64,000 nt of DNA. It comes from a virus (Duplodnaviria > Heunggongvirae > Uroviricota > Caudoviricetes). This document shows, piece after piece, positions 18,520 to 26,459 of the stretch. The notes under the pieces were generated by a model that worked only from the letters and a program-made list of their open reading frames with translations, searched no databases and was not told the origin of the DNA. Position numbers and translations under genes: made by a program. Numbering within the stretch: the first letter of the stretch is position 1; each line of letters starts with the position of its first letter. The stretch spans positions 198,607 to 262,606 of the IMG/VR virus record IMGVR_UViG_3300029288_000054; one strand, written 5' to 3'.

Positions 18520-18788
18520 TATTCCTTCTCGTCGTCGATATCACCGATATTGTCGTCGGCAAAGTCAAAAGCTGGGACGAACATCGAGTCTTCGCCAATA
18601 CTGAGATTGGTAGGATCAACAGCAGCATCGACTCTGCTCTCGATCATGCTGACGAATTCGACAACAGTGTCGGAGATATCTGGTACATTTTGTCGATTGG
18701 CACCGCCTCGTAGCGATTCATAATACGCAGCCATGATCTGCGTACTGAAGTTCACGGCGTGAAAGTTCGGGTGGCGTTTGAGTGACAT
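18519..18788 (-). CDS. hypothetical protein
   Basis: 89 aa ORF. Confidence 0.4.
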   Translation of the reverse strand: MSLKRHPNFHAVNFSTQIMAAYYESLRGGANRQNVPDISDTVVEFVSMIESRVDAAVDPTNLSIGEDSMFVPAFDFADDNIGDIDDEKE

Positions 18789-18955
18789 TATTTCTTCTTT
18801 TTCTTCTTGGTTTCTTGCTCAACCGATCGATATCCGACGAAATCACCACAGACCTTACATGTTGTTCTGATCCTTCGTCCGTCTTTGGTCACTACATCGA
18901 CGAAGTTCTTCGGGTCCGAACACATTGAGTCGGGATCGAGTATTTCGTGAGCCGT
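18788..18955 (-). CDS. hypothetical small protein with poly-Lys tail (start at ATG 18955, ATGA overlap)
   Basis: The internal Met MTAHEILDP overlaps the TGA of 18955..19260. CKVCG motif. Ends KKKKKK. Confidence 0.35.
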   Translation of the reverse strand, partial: TAHEILDPDSMCSDPKNFVDVVTKDGRRIRTTCKVCGDFVGYRSVEQETKKKKKK

Positions 18956-19260
18956 CATTTCTTGCCCTTCTTGTTGATTTTGGGTTCCGGTGGCCATTGG
19001 GCCAGAACCGGCTGTCCCTTGATCCATCTCGACCCACACTCCCGCCACTTCTCAATGACTGCCGCCCATCGTGCCATGTCTTCCGGATCAATACCTCTTT
19101 CGAGGAAGTATTGGGCGGTCAGGACACCTTGAGCGAACCCACGGCGATAAGCCTTCTCGACATCCGCTTGAACAATCGCTCCGGGGGCCGCACCGTCGTT
19201 CAGCTTCCAAGCCGAATCACTCTTCGCTTTAACTTGTGGTGGGACGAATTTCTTTGTCAT
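18955..19260 (-). CDS. hypothetical protein
   Basis: 101 aa ORF, the first gene downstream of the repeat array. Confidence 0.45.
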   Translation of the reverse strand: MTKKFVPPQVKAKSDSAWKLNDGAAPGAIVQADVEKAYRRGFAQGVLTAQYFLERGIDPEDMARWAAVIEKWRECGSRWIKGQPVLAQWPPEPKINKKGKK

Positions 19261-19381
19261 GATCGTCTTTCTGTGTCATAGACACCCAAACCCTGCCGAG
19301 CCCTACCAACCGCACCTGACCCAAGCAAACTTTGCCGTGCCGTACCGCACCGGACCGGACCTCGCCCTTCATTCCTCTTGA

Positions 19382-19416
19382 TTTGTAAATGTGCCATTGG
19401 CACCCAAACCCAACCG
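19382..19416. repeat. 35-bp conserved element copy 1 (contains 13-bp perfect palindrome GTGCCAtTGGCAC at 19401-19413)
   Basis: ttcctcttgatttgtaaatgtgccattggcaccca. Identical copy 131 bp downstream. Confidence 0.7.
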
Positions 19417-19512
19417 CACCACACCGCACCGAGCCGCACCTAACCGAGCCTGACCAGCCCTACCAAACCGCACCTTACCGAACCAAACATTACCGTACCA
19501 AGCCCCGCCACG

Positions 19513-19547
19513 TTCCTCTTGATTTGTAAATGTGCCATTGGCACCCA
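19513..19547. repeat. 35-bp conserved element copy 2 (palindrome at 19532-19544)
   Basis: 35/35 identical to 19382-19416. Confidence 0.7.
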
Positions 19548-19687
19548 GACCTTACCTGACCCAACCCAACCTTGCCGTACCTCGCCGTACCCGCCGAACC
19601 TTACCCTACCATACCAAGCCAACGATGTTATAGCACGACAGACGCTAGTCTTAAATAGAGCCGGTGGAGGGAATCGGCAGTATTTAG

Positions 19688-19760
19688 AGCCGATGGTGAG
19701 ATTCGGACTCACGACCACCTGATTACAAATCAAGTGCTCTACCAACTGAGCTACATCGGC
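19688..19760 (-). tRNA. tRNA-Thr(TGT): tRNA-Thr (anticodon UGU)
   Basis: GCCGATG-TA-GCTC-AGTTGGTA-GAGC-A-CTTGA-TTTGTAA-TCAGG-TGGTC-GTGAG-TCCGAAT-CTCAC-CATCGGC-T, a canonical cloverleaf. Confidence 0.75.
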
Positions 19761-19772
19761 TTACATCTCAAG

Positions 19773-19847
19773 TAGTCCCGGCTGGACTCGAACCAGCGAC
19801 CGTCAAATTATGAGTTTGCTGCTGCTAACCAACTGAGCTACGGGACC
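19773..19847 (-). tRNA. tRNA-Met(CAT): tRNA with CAU anticodon (Met or Ile2), atypical D-arm and G1-U72
   Basis: GGTCCCG-TA-GCTC-AGTTGGTTAG-CAGC-A-GCAAA-CTCATAA-TTTGA-CGGTC-GCTGG-TTCGAGT-CCAGC-CGGGACT-A. The 5' half is nearly identical to the tRNA-Arg. Confidence 0.6.
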
Positions 19848-20327
19848 ATTCACTGCTGTCTTGACTTTAAAGTTCCTTAGGTCGTCTGGTACAACGATCA
19901 ACATCTGCTTTGTAATCCGCTTCGCCCATGATTTATGTTTGTGGACTTTTCTATGGCAATTAGCACACAAACAGATACACTTCTCAATTTCTGCAACGAC
20001 TTGTTTCCAACCAATGCCATTACTGACCATATCGTGAGCACATAGTTCCTTTTCTGTCGGATCTAAGTGATGGAAGTCTAAGGCTATTTCGTCATTTTCT
20101 GGGCATAAAGCACAAGACAACATCTCCTTGAAGATGTGAAACTGCACCTTAATCTGCCTAGATCTTTCTGCACGTTTTAGGCGATAATATTCTTTGTATT
20201 TATGAAAATTCTTTGCTTGATATTGTCTCCGATAGGCACGCCTTTGCTCGGGATCTTTGTACGGCATGTCTATTAAATACTTACTACCAATTAATCCTTG
20301 CCAAGTCCGTGTTGGAATTTCGCACAA
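19803..20327 (-). CDS. HNH endonuclease
   Basis: 174 aa. LDFHHLDP...CANCHRKVH, an HNH core with Cys pairs. The last 14 codons read through the 5' half of the CAU tRNA. Confidence 0.65.
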   Translation of the reverse strand: MCEIPTRTWQGLIGSKYLIDMPYKDPEQRRAYRRQYQAKNFHKYKEYYRLKRAERSRQIKVQFHIFKEMLSCALCPENDEIALDFHHLDPTEKELCAHDMVSNGIGWKQVVAEIEKCICLCANCHRKVHKHKSWAKRITKQMLIVVPDDLRNFKVKTAVNGPVAQLVSSSKLII

Positions 20328-20908
20328 CCCCTAAGATGGCGTGGATCGATTCCATTACATATTTCGCATCGCCCGATTTTCAGAATCGCTAATATTTCGT
20401 CGAGTGAAAACGGTCGCCATTCTCCAAGTAATGCGAAGGCATTGTCAATTCCAACATCCATTGCTCTTCTCCCTGGAAAATGCTCGTTCAAGAATGCTTC
20501 ACTCCTGCCGTGAGAGTGGCCATATAAATGGATCGACTTAGCCTTTTCGCGTCCTCTCCAAGAGAACATCGGATAATGTGCAAGATGAAACCGTATGCCG
20601 TCGATCTTCGGATAATCTATCTCTTTATATGACGAGACATGATTAATAAGAAATCTGGCATCATGATTTCCAGCGACGACATGAATTTTGCGAACTTTTA
20701 GTTTCGCACGGTAGTGACCAGCCCAGCTAGCACCCCAAATCCAATCGCCAAGAATACGAAGCTCATCATTCGGCTTCACCACGCGGTTGCATTCACTGAT
20801 GAAGTGCTCACCCATCTGCTCGATATCAAAGAATTGGGCTGCTCTCGCTGGCGTGTGCTTCAGTATATTAGCGTGGCGCAGGTGCCAGTCTGCGGTGAAA
20901 TAAATCAT
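20291..20908 (-). CDS. calcineurin-like metallophosphoesterase
   Basis: 205 aa. Motifs in order: DWH, GDxxxG (LGDWIWG), GNHD, GHSH. Confidence 0.65.
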   Translation of the reverse strand: MIYFTADWHLRHANILKHTPARAAQFFDIEQMGEHFISECNRVVKPNDELRILGDWIWGASWAGHYRAKLKVRKIHVVAGNHDARFLINHVSSYKEIDYPKIDGIRFHLAHYPMFSWRGREKAKSIHLYGHSHGRSEAFLNEHFPGRRAMDVGIDNAFALLGEWRPFSLDEILAILKIGRCEICNGIDPRHLRGCAKFQHGLGKD

Positions 20909-21324
20909 GATAAGGTAACGAAAAGAGACGTCGCCTCGGTATCAAGTTCGACACGTACTACATCACAGCCAGCTTTGCGAATATCTGCTACTGCCGTTCT
21001 TATCGCTTCATCTAATGACCCAGCCTCTCGACTGAATCTGATATGGCAAATGCAATCGTTCTTTGCAAACGTACCATCATCACAGCCAGATTCCAACAGT
21101 GCATTTGCTGTCTTCTCGTCGAACTCTGTGTCGTCCTTCAAGAAGACATTGAAGTCATATGTGTTAAGCGGCTTGATATCTCCAGGTCGATCGGTGCCAG
21201 TCAGTATCCTGATAATCCGATGGGCTTCTTCCCAGTCAGCCTTATCGACCATTACATGTTCGTGGCCCGGATTGGCTAGAAGATGTTCGTGGCTGTGAAG
21301 AAAGTTTGGTGCGAGTTTTAACAT
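20905..21324 (-). CDS. hypothetical protein
   Basis: 139 aa ORF. Confidence 0.4.
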   Translation of the reverse strand: MLKLAPNFLHSHEHLLANPGHEHVMVDKADWEEAHRIIRILTGTDRPGDIKPLNTYDFNVFLKDDTEFDEKTANALLESGCDDGTFAKNDCICHIRFSREAGSLDEAIRTAVADIRKAGCDVVRVELDTEATSLFVTLS

Positions 21325-22094
21325 ATTACTTCTCGTGGTGTGAACATCTCCGCTATCTGATAGACGATGTTCGGTTGGGGGATTGGTGGTGGTCCGGGAA
21401 CGCGGCCAAGACGATTGTAGAGTAGTTCAAAGGTCTCGATATGTTTGCAGAACCAGGAAAAACCTCTGACGTTCATGAGCTTATATGTCTTATCTAAGCG
21501 AATCCAATCTTTACGAAACGACTTCCCATGCTGTTTCATATAATGGTTGAATTTACGCATTAAATCTACCGTTTTCCAGTGCCGAACCTTCGCATCATTC
21601 AAGGACTCGTGGTACCAATAGACTCCATGGAAAGGACCGCCCATAACTAATGTCTGAAACAAGCACTTCAAATCTGCTCCGATGAAGACGGTTGAAACCG
21701 TTGTCTCTTGCGGCTTTATTTGTGGTGCCCTCGAATATTTCGGATCGCATGGAGAACGACCAAGAGAACCTTTGCAGATCTTGGTCAAATCAACTTGCCG
21801 GTGGTCGGCCTTCTCCATGAATATGCCCCAGCGGAGCAGATTCGGCTCTTCAACAACGCGGAAGTCTGTCGTCAGAATGTAGTGCAAATGCGGGTAAAGT
21901 TCGGCTATAGCTTGTCGGTCGCCGTCGTCAGCGGCGACGATTTTTGATTGTAGGACGGCAGCATCAAGATCACCGCTTTCTTGATAATGGTTAAACAAGA
22001 TTTGCTGAGCTATTGAATCGATATCATCAAGGTCATCCAACCACGGCTGGTCAACCGCAACATTTGATCTTTTATATGGAACGATAGCCATCAT
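21318..22094 (-). CDS. hypothetical protein
   Basis: 258 aa ORF. Confidence 0.4.
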   Translation of the reverse strand: MMAIVPYKRSNVAVDQPWLDDLDDIDSIAQQILFNHYQESGDLDAAVLQSKIVAADDGDRQAIAELYPHLHYILTTDFRVVEEPNLLRWGIFMEKADHRQVDLTKICKGSLGRSPCDPKYSRAPQIKPQETTVSTVFIGADLKCLFQTLVMGGPFHGVYWYHESLNDAKVRHWKTVDLMRKFNHYMKQHGKSFRKDWIRLDKTYKLMNVRGFSWFCKHIETFELLYNRLGRVPGPPPIPQPNIVYQIAEMFTPREVIC

Positions 22095-22408
22095 TCACCG
22101 CATGCTCTCTTTAATGCTTCCTCGAAAGAAATTCTAGCACTAATGTCTTCAACCTTTACATTAGCGCCAGCAAAGGGCTTTGCCATATGCCGCCCAACCG
22201 GTACCTCTAGCTGCTCACTAAGAGTCTGGGCGATCATTTGTGCGGCAATTCTGTGGCCGAAAGTCAGTGGACAAACGGACGTACCCATCCACGTCTTCAC
22301 CTTCATATCAAAGATGCCCCAGGCTTTGGGGCTTTTTAAGGTACCAGGAACGAAATCTTCTTTTGTAAGTTCAGGTTCTGGCGTCTCAAATTTGAGGATA
22401 TCGCTCAT
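22091..22408 (-). CDS. hypothetical protein (start trimmed to ATG 22408)
   Basis: Internal Met MSDILKF. The longer annotated form would overlap the phosphatase gene by 150 nt. Confidence 0.3.
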   Translation of the reverse strand: MSDILKFETPEPELTKEDFVPGTLKSPKAWGIFDMKVKTWMGTSVCPLTFGHRIAAQMIAQTLSEQLEVPVGRHMAKPFAGANVKVEDISARISFEEALKRACGE

Positions 22409-22880
22409 AATATTCTTCCAGCATTGTTCGATATACAAGCATATTTGGTGTATGGAGCCTGAAATAGAGACTATCATCGCCATACTCAACCTTGGCGATA
22501 GCTGCGGCAACTGCGGGAGATCGGCATGTACCCGCAAGGCAATGGATTAGTAGCAAATCAATCCTGTCCCAGACCGACTCGACAAAATCCCAGATTCGTT
22601 TTGCGTGATCCGCATTACACAGAATCTTGCCTTCGCTCGGCTTATCAATGTCGGCAAAAGCGATTTGCAACCAACCAACAAGTTGGCATTTGTTTATCTT
22701 TGGCCAATCGCCCGGCTCGCATCCAATAGAGACACAAGCCCAAGGTTTGTCGCTTATGAAATCGCTAGCTGCCGCTTTACCCACAACTAACAACTTACCA
22801 TTGATAGGCTGTCCGAAGCGTGTCTCTTCTCCGCTGCAATCGTACATTAAATGCTCTCTTCTTCCAATGCGACCCGACAA
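22386..22880 (-). CDS. dual-specificity / Cys-based phosphatase (CX5R)
   Basis: 164 aa. HCLAGTCRS matches the HCxxGxxRS P-loop of PTP/DSP enzymes. Confidence 0.55.
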   Translation of the reverse strand: MSGRIGRREHLMYDCSGEETRFGQPINGKLLVVGKAAASDFISDKPWACVSIGCEPGDWPKINKCQLVGWLQIAFADIDKPSEGKILCNADHAKRIWDFVESVWDRIDLLLIHCLAGTCRSPAVAAAIAKVEYGDDSLYFRLHTPNMLVYRTMLEEYYERYPQI

Positions 22881-23095
22881 GCAAAGCGCAGTATCCGCAT
22901 TTCACGCTCGGTGAGTGTAACGGCGGCAGCATCGCCATTTGGTTCTCGAATCACGTCGAGAATATAGCGAGGCGGCGAATTGTGCAACATCTCTGTTAAT
23001 CTGGCATCCATCTCTCTGATACCATCCAACACGATGCCTTCATTCTCTGCCGTCCCCCAAACGGGATCATATGAGTCGCTGACTGGCCCTGGCAT
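22847..23095 (-). CDS. hypothetical protein
   Basis: 82 aa ORF. Confidence 0.3.
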   Translation of the reverse strand: MPGPVSDSYDPVWGTAENEGIVLDGIREMDARLTEMLHNSPPRYILDVIREPNGDAAAVTLTEREMRILRFACRVALEEESI

Positions 23096-23397
23096 TATGT
23101 CTCTTCCTCTGTGAGAACAAAGAACATCTCAGGGTGGCACCCCCAATGGCCTTTGCCGTCGCGATCAATCACTAAGCAGTGGCCGGGCATGTTTGTGATC
23201 ATACCCATGAAGAGCATGTTTTGCATAAAACTCGCCGGTATTCTGGCCGCTTGTGCTAGACCTTGCGACATCACCGACTCCCAATCATAGACCACAATGG
23301 TTAGTGGTGGGGTCGCGCTCGTCGCACGTTCGTGGTTCGGAAGCCGTTTATTTCTTTCGACTTGTTTTCGGATTTGTTCGAGTGTCTCTTCTTGCAT
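23095..23397 (-). CDS. hypothetical protein
   Basis: 100 aa ORF. Confidence 0.35.
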   Translation of the reverse strand: MQEETLEQIRKQVERNKRLPNHERATSATPPLTIVVYDWESVMSQGLAQAARIPASFMQNMLFMGMITNMPGHCLVIDRDGKGHWGCHPEMFFVLTEEET

Positions 23398-23399
23398 AG

Positions 23400-23789
23400 C
23401 TAATTCCTTTGGAGATCAAGCATTCGTTTGGTGTGCATATTCTCTTCCTGAACACGAAGTATGTCGGTCATCGCTTCTGGCAATGATTCAAAACGTGTTA
23501 TGCCGTCTTCGTACGATAAATCAGGCGACAAGCAGAGACCGCATCGATGGTTCAGTATTTCTTGAGCTACCGCGTCTTCAATCGTACTGCGCAGCTTTGC
23601 AATAGCTGTTTCCGGCGTGAAATCTGGTTCTTCCCATGCCAGCGCAGCAATACAATGGCGGCTTGGGCATAGACATTGCGTGATGTGGACTCTCATGTAA
23701 ACGCCACCATTATTGCATGTATGCCTTTCCAGCCGATATGATTGCATCGACAAGCGGAACACCGTCATAAGTAGCCGAGACTGATGCAA
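23400..23789 (-). CDS. hypothetical protein
   Basis: 129 aa ORF. Confidence 0.35.
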   Translation of the reverse strand: MHQSRLLMTVFRLSMQSYRLERHTCNNGGVYMRVHITQCLCPSRHCIAALAWEEPDFTPETAIAKLRSTIEDAVAQEILNHRCGLCLSPDLSYEDGITRFESLPEAMTDILRVQEENMHTKRMLDLQRN

Positions 23790-24153
23790 TCCCTGACTTC
23801 ACAGTCATGTTGTAGCCGCCGAGATCGAGCACCGAGACTGACTGTACTGGTCCATTTTCCAGCAACTCGATTGCTTGCTTGTATTTTTCAAGCAATGCTA
23901 TCTTCTGATGCAACGGCTTAATGAACAATTCGTAAATCGCCTCCTGCATAGCGACGTCGGCAGGTAAGGTTGACGGGTGCTCTGCTATGTAGCCTTGCAG
24001 GATATCGACACGTAATTCGAAGATGCATTGTTGTAATGGGATGCTGTCGCCATTGCGGTAAGCCTCCATCGACCGTGCTTCCATTTCTAGGTCACGTGGG
24101 GGCAATTCTGCTCCATTTGGTGTATTCGACATTTTATGCTCCGTATTAGTCAA
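23710..24153 (-). CDS. hypothetical protein
   Basis: 147 aa ORF. Confidence 0.35.
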   Translation of the reverse strand: MTNTEHKMSNTPNGAELPPRDLEMEARSMEAYRNGDSIPLQQCIFELRVDILQGYIAEHPSTLPADVAMQEAIYELFIKPLHQKIALLEKYKQAIELLENGPVQSVSVLDLGGYNMTVKSGIASVSATYDGVPLVDAIISAGKAYMQ

Positions 24154-24472
24154 GGTGAATTATCCGATCACCCCCATCAGCAATCTTGGCTGGCTCTGGT
24201 GGTGTTTGGTCCGTCAAATACTGATCTTCCGCATTAGCAGCGAACAATTGGGACATACCAACAGCTAAAAGGCCGAACCCAGCAGCAAACGCCGCCCAGT
24301 CGATGAACATATAGTTCTCGATAAACGGGATCTTGAGGAGTGGTGCGAAACCGGCAATCAAATAGGTCCATCCTCTATATTTCTTGCCCCTGTTATGATA
24401 GATCATTTCGATAATGGCGGCAAGACTACCAATCTGAATGACGCTGCAGAGGAAAATCATGGCTTCCGACAT
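24146..24472 (-). CDS. membrane protein
   Basis: 108 aa with 2-3 hydrophobic helices. Confidence 0.4.
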   Translation of the reverse strand: MSEAMIFLCSVIQIGSLAAIIEMIYHNRGKKYRGWTYLIAGFAPLLKIPFIENYMFIDWAAFAAGFGLLAVGMSQLFAANAEDQYLTDQTPPEPAKIADGGDRIIHLD

Positions 24473-24525
24473 ATTACACCTATAGTCCGCGAGCCGAGAA
24501 ACTTTCTCGGCTCATGACGGGCCTC

Positions 24526-24867
24526 TCACCAGCCGTAGTAGTAGACGGGAGCGGGATAACAAACAGGGGCCGAATAGACCTGCGGGCAGATATATTGCGG
24601 ATAGATATACTGTGGGCAGACGTAGACCGGAGCCGTGGAATAGACAATAGGCTCATCGACCCAGTATGACTGTCGAACGGTCCTGGTGCGCTCCTCCCAA
24701 TATGGTGCTGGCTGAACTGCATGGAGTGCACCGTGGTCGCATCGCTCCCAGACTGGTGCCGGATAGACCTTGATTTGATACTTCTCTTCAACCAACCGTT
24801 CGTGCCAACCGGCATTGGCCACATTGGCGATAACGAACAACATCAAACAAGCAAGTAACCATCGCAT
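24526..24867 (-). CDS. secreted Tyr/Pro-rich repeat protein
   Basis: Signal-peptide-like N-terminus MRWLLACLMLFVIANVANA, then repeats of the form PQYIYPQYICPQVY. Confidence 0.4.
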   Translation of the reverse strand: MRWLLACLMLFVIANVANAGWHERLVEEKYQIKVYPAPVWERCDHGALHAVQPAPYWEERTRTVRQSYWVDEPIVYSTAPVYVCPQYIYPQYICPQVYSAPVCYPAPVYYYGW

Positions 24868-24930
24868 GGTGATCTCCTAAAAAGAGGTGCATACTAAATC
24901 GTGGGGTTATAGCCCGAATAGAGCAGTGAT

Positions 24931-25371
24931 TTAACTAAAGACGATATAAACGTCGCCCTCGACCTGAACACCGTAACCAATATCTTCCAAGACCGCTCCA
25001 TCATAGCCGAGTCTTTTCAAAGTATTCACGAGTGTCGCTACTTCTCTTTCTCCATGTAAATTATGGTCGAAGACACTCGCCGGTGTATAATCACCGTTGT
25101 CTATACCAGCCCTGCGAGCTTGCGCGTCTATAACGACCTTTGGAGCGGGATTTCTGATCGTTATTATTTCTTTGTGTACTTCACCGGTGCCGAAGCGGTC
25201 ATTATGCATATCTGCGTAACTGCGTGCCATCTCCTCTGACGGGGTATAATATGTGACGAATCTACCCCTAGATCGGGAGCCACCATGATATACTTCAAGA
25301 TGGTGCGTCGATTCTGATAGTGTTGTAAGGTGCATATTAACACCAAGATGACCATTCACCAACACGGACAT
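24931..25371 (-). CDS. hypothetical protein
   Basis: 146 aa ORF. Contains YHGGS..R, but I found no firm family match. Confidence 0.4.
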   Translation of the reverse strand: MSVLVNGHLGVNMHLTTLSESTHHLEVYHGGSRSRGRFVTYYTPSEEMARSYADMHNDRFGTGEVHKEIITIRNPAPKVVIDAQARRAGIDNGDYTPASVFDHNLHGEREVATLVNTLKRLGYDGAVLEDIGYGVQVEGDVYIVFS

Positions 25372-25969
25372 AAAAATCTTTGACGACCTTCTTGATTCGA
25401 GCCTGCACTTCGTTTATAGAGCCTATAGCTTCAACAACCACTATCTTATCTGATTTGGAAGCTTCTGCAAAGAATCCATTACGAACTTTGGCATGAAACT
25501 CATAACCCTGCTTCTCCATTCTATCTAGTGGTCGGCCATCTATCCTCTTATAAGCTATATCAAGCGGAACATCCAGGTAGATCGTTAAGTCAGGCATAAT
25601 CCCCTGGGTTGCACATCTACCGATGTCGTAGAGTGATTCGATATTCAATCCTCTGGCGTGTCCTTGGTAAGCGATATTCGCTAACAGATAACGATCGCTG
25701 ATAACAAATTTCTTTTGCTCTAATGCCGGTTTGATTATTTCTTCGACTAATTGAGCACGCGCTGCCATATATAACAGCATCTCGCTGCGACAACTAATCT
25801 GCAGATCATTACGGTGGAGTAAGATTTCTCGCACGGAGTCGCCAAGTTGCGTGCTGCCTGGATCTCGACACGCTATCACATCATAACCTTGTTCTGTTAG
25901 CCATTCGCAGGTTAACTTGATTTGTGTTGATTTGCCGCAACCTTCACCACCATCGAACGATAAAAACAT
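25337..25969 (-). CDS. tmk: thymidylate (dTMP) kinase
   Basis: 210 aa. P-loop FDGGEGCGKST, RDPGST, DRY, LYLDV. Collinear with bacterial Tmk. Confidence 0.8.
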   Translation of the reverse strand: MFLSFDGGEGCGKSTQIKLTCEWLTEQGYDVIACRDPGSTQLGDSVREILLHRNDLQISCRSEMLLYMAARAQLVEEIIKPALEQKKFVISDRYLLANIAYQGHARGLNIESLYDIGRCATQGIMPDLTIYLDVPLDIAYKRIDGRPLDRMEKQGYEFHAKVRNGFFAEASKSDKIVVVEAIGSINEVQARIKKVVKDFYVRVGEWSSWC

Positions 25970-26014
25970 AATGTACCTCGTGTTGCTGATGCTCTTACAT
26001 ACTGAGAGAAGACA

Positions 26015-26428
26015 ATGAAATATCGCACGCTAACTTTCTATAGATATATGGTGATGTCCGATTATGTTGTTCAGACTGACATATATCCGCCAAGCGATTT
26101 AATATTTGAATTTATGGAACTGTCAACTACTGGTCAATTGTCAGTAAAGCGTGGCTATGCGTGGGATGGTGTAACCGGCTTCATGATAGTACCAAAATGC
26201 TTGTTGAGAGGGTCATTAATACATGACGTTTTTTATCAATTTATGCGGTTAGGCGTTTTAGATCAATCAACCAACCGTATTCTTGCAGATCGTATGCTCA
26301 AAAAGACATGCTTAGAGGACGGAGCACTAAGGATTCTATCTTCACTTATTTATCTCGGTGCGCGATTACTCGGTAAATTATTATTATATAAAGAAGACAA
26401 AGAAGTTGTTACTTTTGAGGCACCATAA
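26015..26428 (+). CDS. hypothetical protein
   Basis: 137 aa ORF. Confidence 0.4.
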   Translation: MKYRTLTFYRYMVMSDYVVQTDIYPPSDLIFEFMELSTTGQLSVKRGYAWDGVTGFMIVPKCLLRGSLIHDVFYQFMRLGVLDQSTNRILADRMLKKTCLEDGALRILSSLIYLGARLLGKLLLYKEDKEVVTFEAP

Positions 26429-26459
26429 ATGTTGTGAGCTTGTGTAGTATTTAATCGCT

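Larger units (their letters stand above)
19281..19624. repeat. intergenic array of 10-bp-phased degenerate repeats (plus strand C-rich, e.g. nnaccgcacc), three tracts
   Basis: Tracts at about 19291-19381, 19417-19512 and 19548-19624 read as successive 10-mers ending in -acc/-cc (caaccgcacc/acaccgcacc/gagccgcacc/taaccgagcc...). They are separated by two identical 35-bp elements. Confidence 0.6.

Noticed and set aside
18100-18723. 207-aa plus-strand ORF spanning several minus-strand genes
   Set aside because: Low-complexity, hydrophobic and repetitive translation crossing three well-packed minus-strand genes. An antisense artefact.
18788-19048. Poly-lysine (KKKKKK) C-terminus as a programmed frameshift/slippery site
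   Set aside because: The A-rich run is short, and the overlapping downstream arrangement is explained by the ATGA coupling at 18955 without invoking frameshifting.
19281-19624. CRISPR array
   Set aside because: Only two exact 35-bp repeat copies. The would-be spacers are themselves degenerate 10-bp periodic tracts. There are no cas genes, and the spacing is not CRISPR-like.
19229-19745. ORFs 19229..19429, 19257..19439, 19440..19745 (-) and 19519..19722 (+) called inside the repeat array
   Set aside because: Their translations are repetitive echoes of the DNA repeats (VWVPMAHLQIKRN occurs twice). They overlap one another in different frames and have no plausible start context. Treated as non-coding.
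17530-19850. Integrase/transposase or prophage att site at the tRNA cluster
   Set aside because: No integrase, recombinase or transposase motifs in any neighbouring ORF. The only mobile-type gene is the HNH endonuclease.
24931-25371. Possible ADP-ribosyltransferase (YHGGS ... YY ... E pattern) in ORF 24931..25371
   Set aside because: The motif spacing does not match the H-Y-E or R-S-E ART families and I have no further support. Left as hypothetical.
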